Positions 57,415-64,000 of a DNA stretch of 64,000 nucleotides are shown piece by piece; position 1 is the stretch's first letter, and every line of letters starts with the position of its first letter. The notes below the pieces were generated by a model that saw nothing but the letters and a program-made list of their open reading frames with translations, was not told the origin of the DNA and did not search any database. Source of the DNA: Pseudomonadota bacterium (GTDB lineage Bacteria > Pseudomonadota > Gammaproteobacteria > Burkholderiales > Burkholderiaceae_C); contig JAFEEH010000195.1 in assembly GCA_018241185.1 (NCBI GenBank), positions 19,308 to 83,307 of the forward strand, given 5' to 3'. The translations under genes and the position numbers were made by a program.

Positions 57415-58017
57415 TCAGCGCGCGGCCAGCACCGCTTCGCGCACGAAGTCGAGCCGGTCCTGGCCCCAGAACATCTGGTCGCCGACGAACATGGTGGGTG
57501 CGCCGAACACGCCGCGGCCCACAGCCTCGCCGGTCACGGCCTTGAGACGCTCCTTGACGTCCGGCTGTCCGGCCAGCGCCAGGACGGCGCCGGCATCGAA
57601 GCCAGCCGCCTGCAGCACGGTGCCCACGACGGACGGGTCGTTCATGTTCTGCGCATCGACCCACATGGCCTGGTAAATGGCGCGGCAGTAAGCCTCGAAA
57701 CGCTCGGGCTCATGCATCTGCAGGCCGGTCGCGCCACGCATCAGCAGCAGCGTGTTGATCGGAAAGTGCGGGTTGTGGGTGAACGGGACCCCGTAGCGCT
57801 GCGCGAAGCGCTGCAGGTCCACATTCATGTAAGTGCCCTTGGGCTTGATCTCGGCCGGTGAATGGTTGCCGGTGGCCTGGAACACGCCCCCCAGCAGCAT
57901 CGGCCGGGGCTCGAGCGTGGCGCCGGTGTCGGCGCACAGGTGGGGCAGCTGCGTCCAGGCCAGGTAGGCGGCGGGACTGCCGAAATCGAAGAAGAACTCC
58001 ACGGTGGTGGCGGGCAT
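57415..58017 (-). CDS. HCCA isomerase / GST-kappa (DsbA-like)
   Basis: FFFDFGSP..YLA, GVFGAPT, FWGQDRL. Confidence 0.9.
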   Translation of the reverse strand: MPATTVEFFFDFGSPAAYLAWTQLPHLCADTGATLEPRPMLLGGVFQATGNHSPAEIKPKGTYMNVDLQRFAQRYGVPFTHNPHFPINTLLLMRGATGLQMHEPERFEAYCRAIYQAMWVDAQNMNDPSVVGTVLQAAGFDAGAVLALAGQPDVKERLKAVTGEAVGRGVFGAPTMFVGDQMFWGQDRLDFVREAVLAAR

Positions 58018-58046
58018 GGTCGTGTCTCCGGTGGTGGGCCAGGTAC

Positions 58047-58796
58047 TCAGAATTTTTCCATCCACGGCCGCAGGTCCAGCTCGTGCGTCCAGGCATCGCG
58101 CGGCTGGCGGTGGAGCATGACATAGCTCTGCGCGATGTGCTCGGGGTTGAGGATGCCGTCCTGCGCCTTGAGCGCGTAGCGATCGGGGAAGTTGCTGCGG
58201 ATGAACTCGGTGTCGATGGCGCCGTCGATGATGGTGTGCGCCACGTGCACGCCCTGCGGCCCCAGCTCGCGGGCCATGGCCTGCGCCAGTGCGCGCAACG
58301 CCATCTTGGCACCCGAGAAGGCGCCGAAGTTGGCGCCCCCGCGCAGCGAGGCCGTGGCGCCGGTGAAGATGATGGTGCCGCGGTGGCCACCCCCGGCCGG
58401 CATGTCGCGCGCGACCATGCGCCGCGCCACCTCGCGGCCGGTGAGGAAGCCCGAGAAGCAGGCCATCTCCCAGACCTTGAAGTACTTGCGCGCGGTTTCG
58501 GCGAGGATGCTTTCGGGCACGTTGGCGCCGATGTTGAACACCATCACCTCGATCGGGCCGATGGTCGACTCGACCTGCTCGACGAGCGCGACGACTTCTT
58601 CCTCCTTGCGCGCGTCGGTGCCGAAGGCATGCGCCGTGCCGCCCTCGGCTTCGATCTGCGCCACCAGGGGTTGGAGCTTGTCGGCGCTGCGCCGCACCAC
58701 GCAGGCGGCGTAGCCTTCTCGGGCGAAGGCGCGCGCGATGGCGCCGCCGGTGGCGTCGCCGGCGCCGATGACGAGGGCTGTGGGCTTCTGGTTCAT
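58047..58796 (-). CDS. Short-chain dehydrogenase/reductase
   Basis: GAGDATGGA, FTGATASLRG, F..AK, IDG.ID. Confidence 0.9.
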   Translation of the reverse strand: MNQKPTALVIGAGDATGGAIARAFAREGYAACVVRRSADKLQPLVAQIEAEGGTAHAFGTDARKEEEVVALVEQVESTIGPIEVMVFNIGANVPESILAETARKYFKVWEMACFSGFLTGREVARRMVARDMPAGGGHRGTIIFTGATASLRGGANFGAFSGAKMALRALAQAMARELGPQGVHVAHTIIDGAIDTEFIRSNFPDRYALKAQDGILNPEHIAQSYVMLHRQPRDAWTHELDLRPWMEKF

Positions 58797-58844
58797 GGGG
58801 TGCTCCTTGATGTCGCCGGGGTGTTCACGCTCGCTGTCGCGGCG

Positions 58845-59690
58845 TTATTCCTTGTAGTAGACGATCTGGTTGCTGGTGGCGAGCAGGTGGCCCGCCTGGC
58901 TCCACAGCTGCGCGCTCTGGTCGAAGAAGCCCTGCGCGAACTGCTGGCCCGTGGCGCACCCCAGCAGGTGGCCCGTGCCGACCTCGGCCAGCTGCGCGGC
59001 GGTGCAGTGGAAGTACGTGGTGATCGACACCGTGCCGGCCGGCACCACGGTGGCCCGGCGCAGCCACACGCGGGGAAAGAAGATGTCGCTCATCGCGGTG
59101 AGGGAAGCGAAGTCGAGCGCGCGCGGCTGGGCGTCGCGCAGCCACAGGCGCGTCTCGCTGTGGTCGCCGCGGCCGTCCCACTGCGTGGGGATGCTGCCAC
59201 TCACCGGCCGCATTTCGTACTGGCTCACCCAGGCCACGGCCTTGGGGCCGATGGTCATGCGCTCGACCGCCTCGGGCGCGGGCACGGCGGGCATGGGCAG
59301 GTCGGTGGCGCCCCAGGTCTCGCGACGCACCGCCGTGACCACCGTGGCGGTGGTGTTGAGCTGCGGTCGGCCGTCGACATCCGGCTGGCGGATCTCCAGC
59401 GTCCAGTGCTGGGTCGAGCGGTTGGTCTTGACCGGCGTGGCCTGGATCTCGAAGGGCCCTGCCACGATGGCGGCCGCGTAGTTGACGGTGAGCGCGATGG
59501 GCTCGCCGAGCAGGTCGGGGTGGCGCAGCACCGCCTGCAGCATCAGCGCTGCCGTGGTGCCGCCGAAGGGGCCGACCATGTTCCAGTAGTCGGCGCTGGT
59601 GGCGCCGGTGAAGAGGCCGGCCTGGAGGTCGCTGTGTTCGAGCGCCAGGGCCTGGTCGAAGGGGTGCATCGTCATGACGGCAGTGTGCAT
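58845..59690 (-). CDS. Acyl-CoA thioesterase II-like double-hotdog protein
   Basis: YWNMVGPFGG, D.FFPR, GTV..T.YFH, FFDQ...LW; start may be a few codons downstream. Confidence 0.85.
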   Translation of the reverse strand: MHTAVMTMHPFDQALALEHSDLQAGLFTGATSADYWNMVGPFGGTTAALMLQAVLRHPDLLGEPIALTVNYAAAIVAGPFEIQATPVKTNRSTQHWTLEIRQPDVDGRPQLNTTATVVTAVRRETWGATDLPMPAVPAPEAVERMTIGPKAVAWVSQYEMRPVSGSIPTQWDGRGDHSETRLWLRDAQPRALDFASLTAMSDIFFPRVWLRRATVVPAGTVSITTYFHCTAAQLAEVGTGHLLGCATGQQFAQGFFDQSAQLWSQAGHLLATSNQIVYYKE

Positions 59691-59703
59691 GGGGGCGGCG
59701 GGC

Positions 59704-60591
59704 TCACGCAGTCGTCTGCGGGACGCGGGTGTTCCCCAGGGCCGCGAGCCGCTGCAGGCTGTCGATGGCGCGCGGCCACAGGCTCTGGTCGAACTGCTCG
59801 CGGAAGAAGCCGAAGTGCCCGATGCGGCGCGCCTGCACGTCGGCCGGCGCGATGCGCTGAACGGCGGTGGGCGCGGCCGAGTAGAAGCCGACGAGGCTCT
59901 CGGTGCCGCGCAGCGTCATCAGCTCGTCGTCGGTGATCGACAGCGCCAGCACGGGAAAGCGCACCCGCGCGTAGCTGCGCTCGGCCAGCGGCCCTTCGGC
60001 GCCCACGCTGTAGCGCGGGTTCAGGCACCAGCGCCGCCACTGCAGGATCACGCCGCGGGGCAGGTCGCCCACCTTGCGCAGCTTGCGTCCGGGGAAGTAG
60101 CCCCACAGCCGCACCGCCAGCGGCACCAGCACGAACCAGAAGTAGAGGACGGACCGCTTCAGGCGCGGCGCGTTCTCGCGCCAGTAGCCGCTGCCGGCGG
60201 CGATGCTCAACAGGCCATCGACCTGCTCGGGCCGCGCGAGCAGCCCCGGCAGCTGCGCGCCCAGACTGTGGCCGAAGAGGTAGAGCGGCAGCCTGGGCTG
60301 TGCGGCGCGGGCGGCGTCGATCACCGCTTCGTAGTCGCGCGCCCAGTCGAACAGGTCGGCGTCGAAGCCGCGCAGCGGCGTGTCGCCGCGTGAGTCGCCG
60401 CTGCCGCGGTAGTCGAAGGTCCAGACGGCGATGCCCTGCGCGGCCAGCCACTGCGCGAAGGGGGCGTAGAAGGCCTGCCGCACGCCCATCGCGCCGCCGA
60501 TGACGACGCTGGCGCGGACCGGCCCTGTGGCGGCGTAGTGGCGCACCGCGATGCGGTGGGAACCGTCGACCGGCAATGTCGTCGCTTGCAT
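59704..60591 (-). CDS. Alpha/beta hydrolase (COG4757-like)
   Basis: GAMGV.Q.FY, FDYRG, GHSLG nucleophile, GHFGFF. Confidence 0.88.
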   Translation of the reverse strand: MQATTLPVDGSHRIAVRHYAATGPVRASVVIGGAMGVRQAFYAPFAQWLAAQGIAVWTFDYRGSGDSRGDTPLRGFDADLFDWARDYEAVIDAARAAQPRLPLYLFGHSLGAQLPGLLARPEQVDGLLSIAAGSGYWRENAPRLKRSVLYFWFVLVPLAVRLWGYFPGRKLRKVGDLPRGVILQWRRWCLNPRYSVGAEGPLAERSYARVRFPVLALSITDDELMTLRGTESLVGFYSAAPTAVQRIAPADVQARRIGHFGFFREQFDQSLWPRAIDSLQRLAALGNTRVPQTTA

Positions 60592-60627
60592 GCGCGTCTC
60601 CTGTGCGCCGCGTTCGGCGCGCTCGCT

Positions 60628-60690
60628 TTCAAGCCAAAACGGGCTGCAGCGCCCATGGGGCGGGCGCGGGCAGCTATGAAAACAATAGCA
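60628..60690. repeat. Family B repeat copy 5
   Basis: TTCAAGCCAAAACGGGCTGCAGCGCCC...GGGCGCGGGCAGCTATGAAAACAATAGCA. Confidence 0.75.
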
Positions 60691-60702
60691 ACCCGCGCCA
60701 AC

Positions 60703-61899
60703 TCAGACCCGCTCGAAAATGCCCGCGGCGCCCTGCCCCATGCCCACGCACATCGTGACCATGCCGTACTTGAGCTGCTTGCGGCGCAGCGCGTGCACGA
60801 CGGTGGCGGCACGGATCGCGCCCGTGGCGCCCAGCGGGTGGCCCAGCGCGATCGCCCCGCCCATCGGGTTGACCTTGGCCGGGTCGAGCCGCAGCGTGTT
60901 CATGACCGCGAGCGACTGGGCCGCGAAGGCCTCGTTCAGTTCGATCCAGTCCAGGTCGTCCTGCTTCAGGCCCGCATAGCGCAGCGCGGCGGGGATCGCC
61001 TCGATCGGGCCGATGCCCATGATGGCCGGCGGCACGCCCTTGCTGGCGAAACTGACGAAGCGCGCCAGCGGTGTGAGGTCGTACTTCTGGCAGGCGGCCT
61101 CGCTCGCCAGGATGAGCGCGCCGGCCCCATCGGACGTCTGCGAGCTGTTGCCCGCCGTGACCGAGCCGCGCGCGGCGAACACGGTGCGCAGCTTCGCCAG
61201 CCCTTCGAGGCTGGTGTCGGGGCGCGGGCCTTCGTCGAGGCTGACGGTGCGCGTCTTCGCGGTGGTCTGGCCGGTGGCGGGGTCGAAGCCGCGGTCGGTC
61301 ACCTCGATGGGCGTGATCTCGTCGGCGAACTCGCCGGCCTGCTGGGCCGCGACGGCGCGCTGGTTCGATTGCAGCGCGAAGGCGTCCTGCGCCTCGCGGC
61401 TGACCTTCCACTGCTGTGCCACCTTCTCGGCCGTGAGGCCCATGCCGTAGGCGATGCCGACGTCACCGTCGCGCTCGAAGATGGAGGGCGACAGCGAGGG
61501 CGCGTTGCCCATCATCGGCACCATGCTCATGCTCTCCACGCCGGCGGCGATCATCACGTCGGCCTCGCCCACGCGGATGCGGTCGGCCGCCATCTGCACG
61601 GCCGACAGGCCCGAGGCGCAGAAGCGGTTGACGGTGATGCCGCCCACGCTGGTGGGCAGGCCCGCCAGCACGGCGCCGATGCGCGCCACGTTCAGGCCCT
61701 GCTGGGCCTCGGGGATGGCACAGCCGCAGACGATGTCCTCGATGGTCTGCGGATCGAGCCGCGGCACCTGCGCCAGCGCTGCCTTCAGCGTGGTGGCCAG
61801 CAGGTCGTCGGGCCGGGTGTTGCGGAAGAAGCCGCGGTGCGACTTGCCGATGGGGGTGCGCGTGGCGGCGACGATGTAGGCGTCCTGGATCTGTTTCAT
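60703..61899 (-). CDS. Acetyl-CoA C-acyltransferase (thiolase)
   Basis: VNRFCASG, NEAFA, GGAIALGHPLGATG, TMCVG.G. Confidence 0.95.
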   Translation of the reverse strand: MKQIQDAYIVAATRTPIGKSHRGFFRNTRPDDLLATTLKAALAQVPRLDPQTIEDIVCGCAIPEAQQGLNVARIGAVLAGLPTSVGGITVNRFCASGLSAVQMAADRIRVGEADVMIAAGVESMSMVPMMGNAPSLSPSIFERDGDVGIAYGMGLTAEKVAQQWKVSREAQDAFALQSNQRAVAAQQAGEFADEITPIEVTDRGFDPATGQTTAKTRTVSLDEGPRPDTSLEGLAKLRTVFAARGSVTAGNSSQTSDGAGALILASEAACQKYDLTPLARFVSFASKGVPPAIMGIGPIEAIPAALRYAGLKQDDLDWIELNEAFAAQSLAVMNTLRLDPAKVNPMGGAIALGHPLGATGAIRAATVVHALRRKQLKYGMVTMCVGMGQGAAGIFERV

Positions 61900-61919
61900 G
61901 TCAGAGGTCCTTGTTGACT

Positions 61920-62033
61920 TTCTCCCTCTCCCGCAGGCGGGAGAGGGTCGGGGTGAGGGTGCGTGCAAGCACGAAGAATGTGTTCGAGCACCACCGGCGT
62001 CTGCGTCAGCACATCGTTGTTCCAGAAGCGCAG
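61920..62033 (-). pseudogene. C-terminal remnant of a DUF559/Vsr-like endonuclease gene
   Basis: Hand translation LRFWNNDVLTQTPVVLEHILRACTHPHPDPLPPAGEGE; no start codon or N-terminal part. Confidence 0.7.
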
Positions 62034-62088
62034 TCGGAGCGGAGCGCTCTTGCCCTCACCCTAACCCTCTCCCGCGAGCGGGAGAGGG
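61924..62088. repeat. REP doublet (family C): two inverted 36-bp REPs with a 93-bp spacer
   Basis: 61924-61959 CCCTCTCCCGCAGGCGGGAGAGGGTCGGGGTGAGGG versus reverse complement of 62053-62088: 32/36 identical. Confidence 0.9.
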
Positions 62089-62123
62089 GGCTGGCGGCGC
62101 TGCTGTCGGTGGCCATGCGCAGC

Positions 62124-63998
62124 TCAGTTGCGCAGCGGCTTGCCGGTGGAGAGCATCCCCATGATCCGCTCCTGCGTCTTGGGGTGCTGCACCAGCGCGC
62201 AGAAGGCCTCGCGCTCCAGGCCCATCAGATACTCCTCCGTCACGAGGGTGCCGGCGTCGACGTCGCCGCCCGTCACCACGTTCGCGATCAGGCTGGCGAT
62301 GTGGAAGTCGTGCGCGCTGATGAAGCCGCCATCGCGCATGTTGACCAGCTGGCCCTTGATCGTCGCGGCGCCACTGCGGCCCGCCACGCGGAAGCTGCGC
62401 TTCATCGGCGGGCGCCAGCCGGCCTCCTGCATGGCCTTGGCCTGCTGGATGGCGACGTAGAGCAGTTCGTCCTTGTTCGGCACGATCACGTCGCCCTCGA
62501 CGAGGTAGCCCAGCTTCCTCGATTCGAGCGCGCTGGTGCCGACCTTGGCCATGGCCGCCGCGGTGAAGCCTTCGGTGAGGAAGGGCAGCAGGTCGGTGCC
62601 GGTCGAGGCCTGCGCGTTCTCTGCGGCGCGGCGGGCGATGTAGGTCAGGCCGCCGGCGCCGGGCACCAGGCCCACGCCCACTTCCACCAGGCCGATGTAG
62701 CTTTCCATCGCGGCCACGCGGCGTGCGCTGTAGACGGCCAGTTCGCAGCCGCCACCCAGCGCCAGGCCGCGCACGGCCGCCACCACCGGCACGTTGGCGT
62801 AGCGCATGCGCAGCATCACGTCCTGCAAGGCCTGCTCGGCGCCTTCGACCGCGCCGATGCCCGCCACCACGAAGGCCGGCAGCATGGCCTGCAGGTCGGC
62901 GCCGACGGAGAACTTGTCGTCCGGCGACCAGATCACCAGCCCCTGGTACTCGCGCTCGGCCAGCGCCACCGCCTCGGCCAGCGCCTCGGCCACGTCGGGG
63001 CTGATGGCGTTCATCTTGGAATGGATGCTGGCGATGAGCACCCCTTCGAATCCATCCTTGTCCAGCGTCCAGACGCGCACGTCGCCCTCGTCGCTGATCG
63101 TGGTGCCCGCCTGCGCGGCCGTCTTCTCGCCGCTGCCGAGCACCGTCTCGGGAAAGAGCTGGCGCGCATGCACCGGCAGCCGGCGCGGCGGCACGAAGCG
63201 CTGCTCGGCCGCGCTCCAAGAACCCTCGGGCGTGTGCACGCCACCCGCATCGGCGACCGGGCCTTCAAAGACCCACTTCGGCAGCGGCGCCTTGGCCAGC
63301 GCCTTGCCAGCGTCGATGTCCTCCTGGATCCATTGCGCGACCTGCTTCCAGCCGGCTTCCTGCCACAGCTCGAAGGGGCCCTGCTGCATGCCGAAGCCCC
63401 AGCGCATGGCCAGGTCGATGTCGCGTGCGCTCTCGGCGATGTCGGCCAGGTGCACGGCGGCGTAGTGGAACCCGTCGCGCAGGATGGCCCAGAGGAACTG
63501 CCCCTGCGGGCCTTCGGCATTGCGCAGCAGCTTCAGGCGCTCGGCGGCCGGCTTCTTGAGCATGCGACCGTAGACCTCGTCGGCCTTCGCACCGGCGGGC
63601 ACGTAGTCGCCCTTTCCTCCGTTGGCCTGCAGGTCGAAGCGCAGGATGTCGCGGCCCGCCTTCCGGTAGAAGCCGGCCTTGGTCTTGTTGCCCAGGTGGC
63701 CCAGTTCCAGCAGCTTGGCCAGCACGGGCGGCGTGGCAAAGTTCGGGTAGAACGGATCGGTCGCCTCGCTCAGGTTGTCCTGCAGCGTCTTGACCACGTG
63801 GGCCAGCGTGTCCAGGCCCACCACGTCGGCGGTGCGGAAGGTGCCCGAACTCGCGCGGCCCAGGCGCTTGCCCGTGAGGTCGTCGACCACGTCGAAGCTG
63901 AGGCCGAACTTCTCCACCTCCTTCAGGGTGGCCAGCATGCCCGCGATGCCGATGCGGTTGGCGATGAAGTTGGGCGTGTCCTTGGCGCGCACCACGCC
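62124..63998 (-). CDS. 3-hydroxyacyl-CoA dehydrogenase/enoyl-CoA hydratase (FadN-like), 5' end beyond the window
   Basis: KDTPNFIANRIG, TADVVGLDT, GPFELW, FSVGADL, ALGGGCE, VEVGVGLVP. Confidence 0.93.
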   Translation of the reverse strand, partial: GVVRAKDTPNFIANRIGIAGMLATLKEVEKFGLSFDVVDDLTGKRLGRASSGTFRTADVVGLDTLAHVVKTLQDNLSEATDPFYPNFATPPVLAKLLELGHLGNKTKAGFYRKAGRDILRFDLQANGGKGDYVPAGAKADEVYGRMLKKPAAERLKLLRNAEGPQGQFLWAILRDGFHYAAVHLADIAESARDIDLAMRWGFGMQQGPFELWQEAGWKQVAQWIQEDIDAGKALAKAPLPKWVFEGPVADAGGVHTPEGSWSAAEQRFVPPRRLPVHARQLFPETVLGSGEKTAAQAGTTISDEGDVRVWTLDKDGFEGVLIASIHSKMNAISPDVAEALAEAVALAEREYQGLVIWSPDDKFSVGADLQAMLPAFVVAGIGAVEGAEQALQDVMLRMRYANVPVVAAVRGLALGGGCELAVYSARRVAAMESYIGLVEVGVGLVPGAGGLTYIARRAAENAQASTGTDLLPFLTEGFTAAAMAKVGTSALESRKLGYLVEGDVIVPNKDELLYVAIQQAKAMQEAGWRPPMKRSFRVAGRSGAATIKGQLVNMRDGGFISAHDFHIASLIANVVTGGDVDAGTLVTEEYLMGLEREAFCALVQHPKTQERIMGMLSTGKPLRN

Positions 63999-64000
63999 CT

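Noticed and set aside
61898-62164. 88-aa plus-strand ORF (and 56534..56977) as real small genes
   Set aside because: Both are read-throughs of REP palindromes antisense to operon genes. The PLPQAGEG/PHPNPLP peptides come from the repeat itself.
56611-63998. Beta-oxidation operon with extra hydrolase, thioesterase, SDR and GST-kappa genes as a novel system
   Set aside because: All are ordinary lipid-catabolism families with intact canonical motifs; nothing in the sequence marks a new pathway.

Overview
High-GC (about 70%) betaproteobacterial chromosomal segment; the gene set and intergenic repeats point to Comamonadaceae (inference). It holds about 55 protein genes of core and accessory metabolism: CorA, a GAF hybrid kinase, YjgN-M48, several LysR/Bug catabolic units, cysK, htpX, pyrC, a TRAP system, a Glu/Asp ABC system with aspA, an Atm1-like exporter and a beta-oxidation operon. 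The RNase P RNA gene lies at 23324-23665 on the minus strand. I saw no CRISPR array, prophage, intact transposase, tRNA or rRNA. Best leads: (1) a Nudt19-like NUDIX/LACTB2-like MBL fusion coupled to an RsuA-family pseudouridine synthase that has lost its catalytic RLD motif; (2) an AT-rich, multi-palindrome, terminator-ended region right after a ProQ/FinO gene, carrying a CTTAG-N6-CTTAA box also found upstream of an HdeA-like gene; (3) several families of short palindromic intergenic repeats, including an invariant-length 72-bp family, a 63-bp family that in one case supplies a gene's Shine-Dalgarno, and a REP doublet enclosing a DUF559 nuclease remnant; (4) an orphan aromatic or N-heterocycle catabolic cluster with an M29/NicX-fold enzyme whose metal ligands are altered; (5) an RclR-like regulator facing a TehA channel and cysK. 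Product calls come from motif recognition by eye, not database searches. Start codons were refined by hand and are approximate.
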